Under the pieces are notes generated by a model, which saw nothing but the letters and a program-made list of their open reading frames with translations, ran no database searches and was not told the origin of the DNA. A stretch of 64,000 nucleotides of DNA from Alphaproteobacteria bacterium (GTDB taxonomy: Bacteria > Pseudomonadota > Alphaproteobacteria > UBA6615): the NCBI GenBank assembly GCA_049601915.1, contig JBMYRB010000001.1, positions 330,662-394,661 on the forward strand, read 5' to 3'. The position numbers and the translations under genes were made by a program. Positions 1 to 9,652 of this stretch are shown here, piece after piece (within the stretch, counting starts at the first letter, position 1; each line of letters opens with the position of its first letter).

Positions 1-764
1 CGAGCACCGGCACACCGTCTTTCTACGTCCATCCAGGTGAAGCCAGCCATGGCGATCTCGGTATGATCGCGCACGACGATGTGGTGGTCGCGCTTTCCAA
101 TTCCGGCGAGACGCCGGAGCTGAGCGATGTGATCAACTATTGCCGTCGTTTCTACGTGCCGTTGATCGCCATCACCGGTCGCGACGGTTCGTCCCTGGCC
201 GAAAACGCGGATTGCACATTGCTCCTGCCGGCCATCACCGAAGCCTGCCCGATGGGTTTGGCCCCCACGACCTCGACCACGGCCATGCTTGCGGTGGGCG
301 ACGCGCTGGCCATTGCTCTTCTCGACCGGCGCGGATTCACAGCCGAAGATTTCCAGGTCCTGCATCCGGGCGGTCAACTGGGCCAAAATCTGTTGCGCGT
401 CTGCGACCTTATGCATAGCGAAGAAGCCTTGCCGCTGCTCGACGCAAACGCTTCCGTCGGCGATGCCATTCTGGAGATGACCAACAAGGGTTTTGGCTGC
501 GCGGGGATCATTGACGATCAGGGCCAGCTCACGGGCATCATCACGGACGGCGATTTGCGCCGCCATATGTCGGACACATTGCTGCAGCTAACTTGCTGTC
601 ACGTCATGACGCCTGACCCCAAGACCATACGCGCCCAGGCGCTGGCCTCCGAGGCTCTCGGCCTGATGAACGCGACACAGATCACCAGTCTCTTCGTGGC
701 CGAAGACCGGCAGCCGGTGGGAATCCTTCATATTCATGACTGCCTGCGCGCAGGAATCGCCTGA
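1..764 (+). CDS. kdsD: Arabinose-5-phosphate isomerase KdsD/KpsF, C-terminal part (SIS plus CBS domains); 5' end lies outside the window
   Basis: ORF 63..764 carries the SIS-domain motif VVALSNSGETPEL followed by tandem CBS-like segments. The frame stays open to the window edge. Its position upstream of lptC-lptA-lptB matches the yrbH-lptCAB synteny. Confidence 0.85.
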   Translation, partial: STGTPSFYVHPGEASHGDLGMIAHDDVVVALSNSGETPELSDVINYCRRFYVPLIAITGRDGSSLAENADCTLLLPAITEACPMGLAPTTSTTAMLAVGDALAIALLDRRGFTAEDFQVLHPGGQLGQNLLRVCDLMHSEEALPLLDANASVGDAILEMTNKGFGCAGIIDDQGQLTGIITDGDLRRHMSDTLLQLTCCHVMTPDPKTIRAQALASEALGLMNATQITSLFVAEDRQPVGILHIHDCLRAGIA

Positions 765-903
765 ACACGGCATGAACGACGCGGGAAACACGGCTCCACG
801 AACCGAAACATCCGGCGAAACACGCCGGCAACGCCAGACGCGTATGGGTGCCGTGCCGCGACGACGGCGCAGCGGGTTTGGTCGTTCACGCATTGTCTCG
901 ACA

Positions 904-1476
904 ATGAAGTACCTGCTGCCCGGCATTGCCTTTGCGCTGCTGGTTCTGGTCGCCGTCTGGCCGCGCCTTGCACCCGACGAGGACAGCTTTCGGATCGACC
1001 TGCAAGCCGTTGGCCCGGCCGGCGGGGCCAAACCCCAGGTGCTCAATCCGCGCCTGCAGGGAATTGACTCAGCCGCCCGGCCGTTTCAGGTCACGGCCGA
1101 TTTCGGCGCCCGCGGCGATGGCAAGGATGGCGGCGAGATTTACGACCTGACCAACCCAAAGGCCGACATCGTTCTGGCCGACGGGTCCTGGGTAGCGCTC
1201 ACGGCCATCGACGGCCGTTTCGAGGCCAACACCAACATTCTCCACCTCGCTGGTGATGTGAACCTGTTTCACGACCAGGGTTACGTGTTTCAAACCACCA
1301 CCGCCCGGGTCGAGCTGGTCACGAGTAACGCAGCGGGCGACGATCCGGTCCAGGGTCAGGGACCATTCGGGGTCCTCGATGCGAAGGGCTTCCGGGTGCT
1401 CGATTCGGGAGCACGGGTCCTGTTTCTCGGCCCGGCACGCCTGACCGTCTTCGAAGGAGCGACGCCACCGAAATGA
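904..1476 (+). CDS. lptC: LPS export system protein LptC
   Basis: ATG at 904 (MKYLLPGIAFALLVLVAVW) begins an N-terminal membrane anchor. The gene sits immediately upstream of lptA and lptB and is about 190 aa. Confidence 0.8.
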   Translation: MKYLLPGIAFALLVLVAVWPRLAPDEDSFRIDLQAVGPAGGAKPQVLNPRLQGIDSAARPFQVTADFGARGDGKDGGEIYDLTNPKADIVLADGSWVALTAIDGRFEANTNILHLAGDVNLFHDQGYVFQTTTARVELVTSNAAGDDPVQGQGPFGVLDAKGFRVLDSGARVLFLGPARLTVFEGATPPK

Positions 1477-2303
1477 TCCGGACACATCACATTCTGACCC
1501 TCGCAGCCCTGCTGTGGTGCATGGCTCCCGCAACGACCGACGCCCAGTCCCTTGGCTTCAGCCGGGGCGGTGACGGACCGATCCAGATCGAGGCGGATGA
1601 CGGGATCGAATGGCAGCGGGCCAACCGACTCTATGTCGCACGCGGGAACGCACGTGCGCGCCAGGGAGACGTGACGGTCGAGGGTGACGAACTGATCGCT
1701 TTCTATCGGCCCAACGCCGCGGGCGAGAACGAGATCTACCGCATCGATGCCAACGGAAACGTGCGCATCTTCTCGACGAACGAGGTCGCGCGATCCGACA
1801 AGGCGGTCTACGACATCGACAGCGGCGTTTTGGTGATGACCGGTGACAACATCCAGCTGGACACCGCGGAAGACACCATCACTGCGCGTGACAGCCTAGA
1901 ATATCACGAGACGCAGCAACTGGCCGTCGCGCGGGGCGACGCGATGGCCGTGCGGGGCGATCGCAGGGTGCGCGCCGACGTGCTGACGGCCCATTTTGGC
2001 GAGGGTAACCAGCAGGCCGAGATGGACCGCATTGATGCCGTGGGCAATGTCTTGGTTTCGACTCCGACCGATATCGTGCGCGCCGAGAAAGGCGACTATT
2101 ATCCCGCGCGGGGCATCGCCACGATGACAGGCAATGTCAAAATCACCCGCGGAGACACCCAATTGAACGGCGAGCGCGCAGAGGTTAATTTGGAGACGGG
2201 TGAGAGCCGTCTGCTCTCTTCGCCGTCGGGCGAAAGGGTGCGCGGACTTTTTCTTCCCAAGGCCAAAAGCCCGTCCAACCCGGGATCAAGTGGAAACCAA
2301 TGA
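1473..2303 (+). CDS. lptA: LPS transport periplasmic protein LptA (OstA-like)
   Basis: Signal peptide plus OstA-like fold. Four-nucleotide ATGA overlaps with lptC and lptB on either side. Confidence 0.85.
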   Translation: MIRTHHILTLAALLWCMAPATTDAQSLGFSRGGDGPIQIEADDGIEWQRANRLYVARGNARARQGDVTVEGDELIAFYRPNAAGENEIYRIDANGNVRIFSTNEVARSDKAVYDIDSGVLVMTGDNIQLDTAEDTITARDSLEYHETQQLAVARGDAMAVRGDRRVRADVLTAHFGEGNQQAEMDRIDAVGNVLVSTPTDIVRAEKGDYYPARGIATMTGNVKITRGDTQLNGERAEVNLETGESRLLSSPSGERVRGLFLPKAKSPSNPGSSGNQ

Positions 2304-3085
2304 CGGACCAAACATCCCCACGTGATATCGGCGCCGACGGAAAACCGCGGCTGGTCTCCAGTAATGAAGGGCTGGTCGTCCGAAATATCGGCAAGCGCTT
2401 CCGCAAACGCCCGGTCATCAGAGATGTATCGCTGGTCGTCAAACAGGGCGAGGCGGTGGGCCTGTTGGGGCCGAACGGCGCAGGCAAGACGACCTGCTTC
2501 TACATTATCACCGGCCTCCTTACCGCCGACGCGGGCTCGATCTCCCTCGACGGGCACAACATCACAGAACTCCCGATGTACCGGCGCGCACGCCTTGGCG
2601 TGGGCTACCTGCCGCAGGAAGCGTCCATTTTCCGTGGTCTGTCGGTCGAGCAGAATGTCCGCTCGGTACTCGAAGTGATCGAACCCGAGCGCGACCGGCG
2701 CGAAGCCATGCTCGACGACCTGCTGGCCGAATTCTCCATCAGCCACCTGCGCCGGACGCCGGCGCTGGCCCTGTCGGGCGGTGAACGCCGACGCGTCGAG
2801 ATCGCCCGCGCGTTGGCCAGCCAGCCGCATTTCATCCTGCTTGATGAGCCGCTCGCAGGCATCGATCCTATCGCGGTGGCCGACATCCGCGACCTCGTCA
2901 GCCACCTCAAGGACCGCGGTATCGGTGTATTAATTACCGATCATAATGTGCGTGAGACCTTGGATATCGTCGATCGGGCATATATTTTGCACGAGGGCAC
3001 CGTTCTGATGAGCGGCGCACCGTCCGAAATCGTATCCCATGCCGATGTAAGACGTGTTTACCTTGGCGAAAGATTCAGTCTGTAG
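2300..3085 (+). CDS. lptB: LPS export ABC transporter ATP-binding protein LptB
   Basis: Walker A GPNGAGKTT, ABC signature LSGGERRRVEIARAL and Walker B ILLDEP. Position is directly upstream of rpoN. Confidence 0.92.
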   Translation: MTDQTSPRDIGADGKPRLVSSNEGLVVRNIGKRFRKRPVIRDVSLVVKQGEAVGLLGPNGAGKTTCFYIITGLLTADAGSISLDGHNITELPMYRRARLGVGYLPQEASIFRGLSVEQNVRSVLEVIEPERDRREAMLDDLLAEFSISHLRRTPALALSGGERRRVEIARALASQPHFILLDEPLAGIDPIAVADIRDLVSHLKDRGIGVLITDHNVRETLDIVDRAYILHEGTVLMSGAPSEIVSHADVRRVYLGERFSL

Positions 3086-3097
3086 AAGACGTTAACC

Positions 3098-4573
3098 ATG
3101 GCTCTGACAACACGTCTCGACGTCCGACAGACGCAGGCGCCGGTCATGACGCCGCAGTTGCAACAGGCGATCAAGCTGTTGCAACTGTCAAATCTTGAAC
3201 TGGCGGCCTTCGTTGAAACCGAACTTGGGGAGAATCCACTCCTCGAGCGCGAAGATGCGGTTATTGAAGACGAGAGCGTTCCGGCCGAAACGGCCGCCAG
3301 TTCCGGTGACGACGGTGACGCGGCAACCCTGACCAGGAGCGACAGCCTGGGGTCGGACGAAGCCCCCCTCGATACCGATTATACGAATGTCCTGCAGGAC
3401 GACCCTTTCCGCGCGGCCGGTGCCAGCGCCCCCGCACCGCGCGGCGACAGCGATTCATTGCCCGGGATAGATCAGACGATGGCCAAAGAGGTAACGCTGC
3501 GCGAGCATCTGACCGACCAGCTGGATCTGTCGATCGCCGATCCGACCCGCAGGCTGATTGGCCGCGCACTTATCGATTCGCTCGACGATCGCGGCTTCCT
3601 GACCGCCTCGACCGAGGAGATGGCCGAACAGCTCGGTTGTGAAATCACGCTCGTGGACCAGGTCCTCGAGACGCTGAAGGCCTTCGAGCCGACCGGTGTC
3701 TTCGCGCGTGATCTGATTGAATGTTTCGCGCTGCAGCTGGCCGAACGTGACCGCCTCGACCCCGCGATGCGCGCCATGCTCGACAATCTCGACCTCCTGA
3801 CCAAGCACGACCTACCCGGCCTTCGCCGCACCTGCCGCGTGGATGAGGAAGATCTGGTCGACATGCTGGCGGAGCTGAAGACGCTGGACCCGAACCCCGC
3901 AGCGGAATTCGATTACGCGAGCACCGAATACATCACCGCAGATGTGATGATGCGCCCCAAGCAAGGCGTTGGCTGGGAGATCGAGCTCAACAATGACACC
4001 CTGCCGCGGGTGCTGGTGAACCGGGCCTATTACGCCGAGATCAACGCCGTGACACGCGAGAAAGACGACAAGGAGTTCGTGCAGGAACGTTACCAGGCGG
4101 CCAACTGGCTGGTGCGGGCGCTGGACCAGCGCGCGCGCACCATCCTGAAAGTGGCGACCGAGATCATTCGCCAGCAGGACGCATTCTTCCGTCTCGGCGT
4201 GGCGCATCTGAAACCGTTGATTCTGGCCGACATCGCCGAGGCCGTGAGTTTGCATGAAAGCACCATCAGCCGCGTTACGACGAACAAATACATGGCAACC
4301 CCGCGCGGGTTGTTTGAACTCAAATATTTCTTCACGACGGCAATCGGCAGCACGACCGACGGGGAAGCCCATTCGGCCGAATCGGTACGTCACAAGATCA
4401 AACTGCTGATCGACAACGAATCCGCCAAGTCCATTCTGTCCGATGACAAGATTGTGGATATGTTGCGCGGCGAGGGTGTGGAAATAGCCCGCCGAACAGT
4501 GGCCAAGTATCGGGATTCGCTGAAGATTCCGTCTTCTGTCGAACGCCGGCGCATGAAGCGAGCGGCAGGATGA
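3098..4573 (+). CDS. rpoN: RNA polymerase sigma-54 factor RpoN
   Basis: N-terminal QLQQAIKLLQLSNLEL region I and the C-terminal RpoN box ARRTVAKYRDSLKIPSSVERRR. Confidence 0.95.
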   Translation: MALTTRLDVRQTQAPVMTPQLQQAIKLLQLSNLELAAFVETELGENPLLEREDAVIEDESVPAETAASSGDDGDAATLTRSDSLGSDEAPLDTDYTNVLQDDPFRAAGASAPAPRGDSDSLPGIDQTMAKEVTLREHLTDQLDLSIADPTRRLIGRALIDSLDDRGFLTASTEEMAEQLGCEITLVDQVLETLKAFEPTGVFARDLIECFALQLAERDRLDPAMRAMLDNLDLLTKHDLPGLRRTCRVDEEDLVDMLAELKTLDPNPAAEFDYASTEYITADVMMRPKQGVGWEIELNNDTLPRVLVNRAYYAEINAVTREKDDKEFVQERYQAANWLVRALDQRARTILKVATEIIRQQDAFFRLGVAHLKPLILADIAEAVSLHESTISRVTTNKYMATPRGLFELKYFFTTAIGSTTDGEAHSAESVRHKIKLLIDNESAKSILSDDKIVDMLRGEGVEIARRTVAKYRDSLKIPSSVERRRMKRAAG

Positions 4574-4854
4574 TTTTCTTTTATTCCCAGACTGTTACTT
4601 GAAAAACAGGCACTTATTGCCATCTTGCCGATAAGGGCGGCTGCCCGTATTGACACTCACCCGGTGCCTGACTAAGTTCCGCGCCGCAATCTGAGACCGC
4701 GCGATAGACGGTCGGTACGAACAAAAGACAAACAGCGTCTCGACCAGCATTGATGCAGGTCACACGTACAACAGGAAACGAAGCGTTGAATAACGAGGCC
4801 ACCCAATGGCGGCCCCGAGATCAGTTTTTCTAACGACAGACGGCGTTCCAAACC

Positions 4855-5448
4855 GTGCAAATCAATGTGACAGGACAGCAGATCGACGTGGGCGACGCGT
4901 TGCGTTCCCATATCGAGGACGCGATCACCGACACGACGGATAAATATTTTGCTGACGCCATCGATGCGAGTGTCGTGCTGTCGCGCGAGTCCTATCGAAT
5001 CCGCGCCAACATCAACATGCATGTGGGCCGCGGCATCCACGTGCGCGCCCATGAGGAAGCCGACGACCCCTATGCGGCCTTCGACGTGGCGCTGGCGCAT
5101 CTTGCCAAACGGCTGCGGCGCCACAAGCGACGCCTGCGCAATCATCACCAGAATCGCGAAACCATAAGCTCCCCGACCATGCCCGAATATGTCATCGCAC
5201 CTTATGCCGGGGACGAGGACATGTCAGACGACGTGCCGACCGACGACAATCCGGTGATCATCGCCGAGAACCAGACCTCGGTCGAAAGCCTGACGGTCTC
5301 GGAGGCCGTGATGCGCATGGACCTGGCGGACGGGCACGCGCTGGTTTTCCGCAATGCCAAGCATGGCGGCATGAGCGTGGTTTTCCGCCGCGCAGACGGC
5401 AATTTCGGCTGGATCGATGCGCCGGACAGCCCGGACAATGAGGCCTAA
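4855..5448 (+). CDS. hpf: Ribosome hibernation promoting factor (long HPF, sigma-54 modulation protein)
   Basis: MQINVTGQQIDVGDALRSHIEDAI matches the HPF/RaiA family. It begins at a GTG start. Position is the conserved rpoN-hpf-ptsN slot. Confidence 0.88.
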   Translation: MQINVTGQQIDVGDALRSHIEDAITDTTDKYFADAIDASVVLSRESYRIRANINMHVGRGIHVRAHEEADDPYAAFDVALAHLAKRLRRHKRRLRNHHQNRETISSPTMPEYVIAPYAGDEDMSDDVPTDDNPVIIAENQTSVESLTVSEAVMRMDLADGHALVFRNAKHGGMSVVFRRADGNFGWIDAPDSPDNEA

Positions 5449-5458
5449 CGGACAGCTC

Positions 5459-5941
5459 ATGAATATCGAAGACATTCTCGAACCGGGCAGCGTCATCGCC
5501 GACCTGCATGCGACCAGCAAGAAGCAGGTCCTGCAGGAACTGTCGAAGGCCGCCGGCGATATCCTGAAAACCGATGCGCGCCGGGTATTCGACATCCTGG
5601 TCGAGCGCGAACGCCTGGGCTCGACCGGCGTTGGCGCCGGCCTTGCGATTCCCCATGGCAAACTGCCCGGGCTTGACCATCTGCAGGGCGTATTCGCGCG
5701 CCTTGAGAAGCCCGTGGATTTCGATGCCATCGACGACGAGCCGGTGGACCTTGTGTTTCTGCTGCTCGCGCCCGAGGGTGCGGGTGCGGACCACCTGAAG
5801 GCGCTCGCGCGGGTCTCGCGAAGCATGCGCGACCGGGCCTTTTGCGACAAGCTGCGGGGTTCCGACAGCCCGGATGCCATCTACGCCTTGTTGATCGAGA
5901 CCGGCTTTGCCGCCAACGAGACGCTTCGCGCCGCCAGCTAA
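5459..5941 (+). CDS. ptsN: PTS IIA-like nitrogen regulatory protein PtsN (EIIA-Ntr)
   Basis: ATG at 5459 opens MNIEDILEPGSVIADL. The EIIA(Fru/Ntr) fold carries the GLAIPHGK active-site His. The gene follows hpf. Confidence 0.9.
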   Translation: MNIEDILEPGSVIADLHATSKKQVLQELSKAAGDILKTDARRVFDILVERERLGSTGVGAGLAIPHGKLPGLDHLQGVFARLEKPVDFDAIDDEPVDLVFLLLAPEGAGADHLKALARVSRSMRDRAFCDKLRGSDSPDAIYALLIETGFAANETLRAAS

Positions 5942-5966
5942 ACCCGCCTATCGTCATTAAGCGCAA

Positions 5967-6176
5967 TCAGTGGACGCTGACGGGCTCCATGTCATGCTGC
6001 TTGACCGCCGCGAACGCGATGTCGCGCTCCGCCATCATGCCGATTTCATTGCCGTCGGCGTTGTGAATCGCATAGACGGTCCGACCATCGACCACGGCGG
6101 GGCGCACATAGGCAACACGATCGACACCCAGCGTTGCAAACTGATCGGGGCTGAATTTTTCGTCACGCATAATCAT
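5967..6176 (-). CDS. DUF1150 family protein (small Hsp20-associated protein)
   Basis: A 69-aa ORF (PDQFATLGVDRVAYVRP...VYAIHNADG) lies immediately downstream of hsp20 and overlaps it by 4 nt. This pairing is typical in alphaproteobacteria. Confidence 0.7.
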   Translation of the reverse strand: MIMRDEKFSPDQFATLGVDRVAYVRPAVVDGRTVYAIHNADGNEIGMMAERDIAFAAVKQHDMEPVSVH

Positions 6177-6625
6177 GACGCCTGTCCTTTCGTCTCCATA
6201 TCGAGCGCGGGGGAACCCTTGCCTTCGATCTCGATCTTGCGCACATTGCGTTCGGGCTGCGGGAGCGAGACATCGATGTGCAACAGGCCATTGTCGAGCG
6301 ACGCCGCCGTCACCTCCACGCCATCCGCCAGCACGAAACTGCGCTGAAACATGCGTGTCGCGATCCCGCGATGCAGATACTCACGGGTATCCTGTTCGGC
6401 CTGCCGGCCGCACACCGTGAGCTGGCTGTCTTCGAGCTCAATATCGAGATCGTCGCGCGCAAAACCGGCCACCGCGAGGGTGATGCGCAACAGATTCTCG
6501 CCGATGCGTTCGATATTGTATGGGGGATAGCCGTCCGAAGAGGCCTTCGAGATACGTTCGAGCGTGCGTTCGAATTCATCGAACCCAAGCATCAATGGGC
6601 TGTTGAGCGGAGACAAACGTGGCAT
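6173..6625 (-). CDS. Hsp20/alpha-crystallin family small heat-shock protein
   Basis: ATG at 6625 is preceded by AAGGAGGAG. The alpha-crystallin domain reads GYPPYNIERIGENLLRITLAVAGF...LDNGLLHIDV. Confidence 0.9.
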   Translation of the reverse strand: MPRLSPLNSPLMLGFDEFERTLERISKASSDGYPPYNIERIGENLLRITLAVAGFARDDLDIELEDSQLTVCGRQAEQDTREYLHRGIATRMFQRSFVLADGVEVTAASLDNGLLHIDVSLPQPERNVRKIEIEGKGSPALDMETKGQAS

Positions 6626-6762
6626 CGCCGTCACTCCTCCTTTCGAGCGAGTTTCGGGCCGTGACACCTTTCGGCCCTGCAGCCAGGGTCGGCATCACGG
6701 TCCTTGGGGCCCGATTACGGCACCCCGGATTTAGATCGCCATGCGCTCGCATGAGCCTCACA
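6626..6762 (-). ncRNA. ROSE-like RNA thermometer in the hsp20 5' UTR
   Basis: A roughly 135-nt multi-hairpin leader. Its final hairpin 5'-CUC(G)CUC-GAAAG-GAGGAG-3' sequesters the SD with a bulged G, as in ROSE elements upstream of alphaproteobacterial small HSP genes. Confidence 0.4.
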
Positions 6763-6764
6763 GC

Positions 6765-6802
6765 GTAGCCTTTAAATGGTTTCGAAACGGCAAATTTCAA
6801 GG
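6765..6802 (-). promoter_or_regulatory. sigma32 (RpoH)-type heat-shock promoter for hsp20-DUF1150
   Basis: The minus strand reads ccTTGAAa-N16-CCATTTAa, resembling the CTTGAA-N13-17-CCCCATNT consensus. Confidence 0.4.
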
Positions 6803-7195
6803 TGCCGACAGGCTGTGCCCGCGTCCCGCACCGGGAAACGCTCCGGCCCGCATCAATGTGAGAAACACCAGCGCGTCGCGGTCTCCGGATTCAGCCAGCC
6901 GCCGCAGCTGGTCCCAGCCCGCCCGGGTCCGGTCATGGCGGAATTCGGCCGCGGGCGGCGGTTTCCAGCTCACGACCGTCCGGGGCGTCTGGTCCGAGGC
7001 GTGAGTAGGGATGCCGGCAGGCGTCGCGAGGGCCGGTTGCCCTAGCCAGTCCGGCGCCACGCGGGCCGCGGCCGGCATCCCTGACCCTGCGGAAGGTGCG
7101 CTTACCGGTGCGCCGTCTGTCAAGGCGAGCGTCGCGGCAAACGCCACAACTGGCAAACCGCCAATGACCCATGCAACCACCGTTAACCCGCGCAT
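6797..7195 (-). CDS. Hypothetical secreted protein (signal peptide, Pro/Ala-rich)
   Basis: ATG at 7195 is preceded by GGGAGGAG. The signal-peptide-like N-terminus MRGLTVVAWVIGGLPVVAFAATLA stands out. No recognizable domain; it lies downstream of the gluconolactonase gene on the same strand. Confidence 0.4.
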   Translation of the reverse strand: MRGLTVVAWVIGGLPVVAFAATLALTDGAPVSAPSAGSGMPAAARVAPDWLGQPALATPAGIPTHASDQTPRTVVSWKPPPAAEFRHDRTRAGWDQLRRLAESGDRDALVFLTLMRAGAFPGAGRGHSLSAP

Positions 7196-7303
7196 CCGTC
7201 GCTCCTCCCTGACAGAGCTGATTGAAGGCTGACGGCGCAATGGGGCTGTCGGGTGTCGGGATTGAGGCAATTCCATGCCGATCTCGGCACGGGCTGTGGA
7301 CGG

Positions 7304-8224
7304 CTAACCCGGGAAAACGGCCTCGGGAAGCCCGGCGACCCCGGCGTCGATAGCGAACAGCGCCCCGGCGAGCGGTTCGCGCGCGAGTTCCTCCGGGCTC
7401 AACATGATTTTCGCCGTGGTGACGTAAAGCGTCGCCAGCTCCGGCCCGCCGAACATCGGACAGGTCACACGGCTCGCAGGCAGTGTGATCATCCGGTCAA
7501 CGTCGCCGTCAGGCGTGAGGCGCGTGACGCGGCTACCGCGAAACTCCGCCACCCAGACCCCGCCCTCGGCGTCGACGATCGCCCCGTCGGGCGTACCGCG
7601 CCCATCTTCCTCGGGGAATGTGGCGAACACGCGCTCTTTCTCGACATCGCCCGTCGCCGGGTCATAGTCCCACGCATGCATTTCGCGGGTCGGCGAATTC
7701 GCCGTGTACATGGTGGTACCGTCGGGTGACCAGCAGAGCCCGTTGGACACCAAAATCCCGTCGATCATCTGGTGCATGGACCCATCCAGATCGAGCCGGT
7801 GAAACGCGCCGACGGGTTCGCGCTCGAAATAGGTCGCGGGGGGACCATCCGGGTCATGCATGGACCCGGCCCAGAAACGTCCCTGGCGGTCCACGCGGCC
7901 GTCGTTGAGTCGATTCAGGGGCCTGTCGGGTTCGGGATCGCCGATCCAGTCGGGACGGATCATCTCGCCCGGCGCGCCCACCTCGAGGAACGCGAACCCG
8001 CTGCGCAGCGCACCGACCAGCCCGCCACCCTTGCGCAGCACGATCGAGCCGGTCTCCTGGGGCAGCGGCCAGCTGTCGTCGGTACCTGTCGCGGGGTCGT
8101 AGCGATGCAGCGCCGGCGCCTTGATGTCGAGCCACCAGAGCACGCCCTCCTCCGGCGACCAGACCGGGCTCTCGCCCAGGATGGCGCCGGTCTCGACGAC
8201 GTTCAGAATCCGCGCCTCTTCCAT
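7304..8224 (-). CDS. SMP-30/gluconolactonase/LRE family protein
   Basis: ATG at 8224 (MEEARILNVVETGAILGESPVWSPEEGVLWWLDI) matches regucalcin/gluconolactonase beta-propeller motifs. Confidence 0.85.
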   Translation of the reverse strand: MEEARILNVVETGAILGESPVWSPEEGVLWWLDIKAPALHRYDPATGTDDSWPLPQETGSIVLRKGGGLVGALRSGFAFLEVGAPGEMIRPDWIGDPEPDRPLNRLNDGRVDRQGRFWAGSMHDPDGPPATYFEREPVGAFHRLDLDGSMHQMIDGILVSNGLCWSPDGTTMYTANSPTREMHAWDYDPATGDVEKERVFATFPEEDGRGTPDGAIVDAEGGVWVAEFRGSRVTRLTPDGDVDRMITLPASRVTCPMFGGPELATLYVTTAKIMLSPEELAREPLAGALFAIDAGVAGLPEAVFPG

Positions 8225-8335
8225 GCAACAACTCCGTCTTTCAACCGCCGTCACGGCATGTCACGATACACCCATAAGGCCGGGCAGCAACCACGCGCGG
8301 CCCGCACAAGAAACGTTTCGCAGGGGGAAAATCCG

Positions 8336-8989
8336 ATGATCGTGGACGCGCGAACCTACACCGTCAGTCCGGGCCAGATGCCGGCCTATCTCAAGCATGT
8401 CGAGGAAAATGGCTACCCGCTGCAGAAGAAGCACGGCTACGAGCTGGCCGGGTATTTCACGGTCGAGACCGGTGAACTCAACAAGGCCGTCCACTACTGG
8501 AAGTATGAGAGCGCGGCCGCCCGCCAGGAGATTCGCGCCTCGCTGGCCGCCGACCCCGAATGGGCCGAATATCTCAAGGTCGGCCGGGCCATGCTCACCC
8601 ATCAGGAGAATCGCCTGCTGCAGGCGACCGACGTGGTCGAGCCCTTCGCCTTCATAGGCAATGGCAGCCCCCAAGGCTTCGTCGACGAGCGGACCTACTC
8701 GATCACCTACACCCAGGTGCCCAATTACGTAGAGGTCACCAAGGCGCTCGCAGCACCGGTCATCGCGGATTACAACTGGCAGCTGCTCGGCTACTTCTCG
8801 TCGGTCACCGGACGGATCGGCCAGGTCGTTCACCTCTGGTACTGGGACAGCCATGCCCAGCGCGAGGACGCTCAGGCCCGTGCGTCGGCGGACCCGCGCT
8901 GGCCGATCTACCAGGCCGCCAATGGCCACCGGGTAATCGACCAGCACAACCGGTACCTGCTGCCGACCTCCTTCTCGCCGATCAAATAG
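8336..8989 (+). CDS. NIPSNAP family protein (two tandem NIPSNAP domains)
   Basis: ATG at 8336 follows GGGGGAAAA. Two repeats of the pattern (YTVSPGQMPAYLKHVEENGYPL... and YSITYTQVPNYVEV...) are present. Confidence 0.75.
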   Translation: MIVDARTYTVSPGQMPAYLKHVEENGYPLQKKHGYELAGYFTVETGELNKAVHYWKYESAAARQEIRASLAADPEWAEYLKVGRAMLTHQENRLLQATDVVEPFAFIGNGSPQGFVDERTYSITYTQVPNYVEVTKALAAPVIADYNWQLLGYFSSVTGRIGQVVHLWYWDSHAQREDAQARASADPRWPIYQAANGHRVIDQHNRYLLPTSFSPIK

Positions 8990-9007
8990 TCGCAGGCCTG
9001 ACGCCCC

Positions 9008-9649
9008 ATGGCCGATAAACCCCAACGTTCACTACGTCCTGTCGACGCGGCGACCATGGTGGTCTGGCGCCGCCATCGCGATAAGGTCGAGGTGTTGATG
9101 GGCCGGCGCCACCACAACCATGTCTTCATGCCCCACGCCTATGTGTTCCCCGGCGGCCGGGTGGAGAAGAACGACGGCAGGCTGAAGCCCGTGACCCCTC
9201 TCCCGACCGATGTGCAGGCCCGGCTGGAACGCGCCGCCGCCAACCCGACTCGCGCGCGCGCCATCGCGGCGGCGGCCGTGCGCGAGACCTGGGAGGAAAC
9301 CGGCCTGGTCATCGGCGAGGCCGAGGACGGTGCGCTGCGGCCGGATCTGCAGGACCTCGACTATTTCTTCCGAGCGATCACCCCGCCGGGCCGCACCCGC
9401 CGCTTCGACGCGCGCTTCTTCCTGGTCGATGCGGAACACGCGACGGGAAAGCTCGCGGGCGACGGCGAGCTGGTCGATCTCGCTTTCCGAACCTTCGACG
9501 AGTCCCGCCTGCTCGACGTGGCCGGCATCACCCGCATCGCCATGGCCGAGGCCGAACGCCACATCCATAACCCACCGACGCCGGATCCGGACCGCCCGGT
9601 ACCGCTCTCGCGCTTTTTGCGCGGGCAGTACTACATCACACCGGAGTAG
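9008..9649 (+). CDS. NUDIX hydrolase
   Basis: Nudix box GGRVEKND...REtwEETGL (VFPGGRVEKNDG...AAVRETWEETGLVIG). Confidence 0.8.
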   Translation: MADKPQRSLRPVDAATMVVWRRHRDKVEVLMGRRHHNHVFMPHAYVFPGGRVEKNDGRLKPVTPLPTDVQARLERAAANPTRARAIAAAAVRETWEETGLVIGEAEDGALRPDLQDLDYFFRAITPPGRTRRFDARFFLVDAEHATGKLAGDGELVDLAFRTFDESRLLDVAGITRIAMAEAERHIHNPPTPDPDRPVPLSRFLRGQYYITPE

Positions 9650-9652
9650 GCG

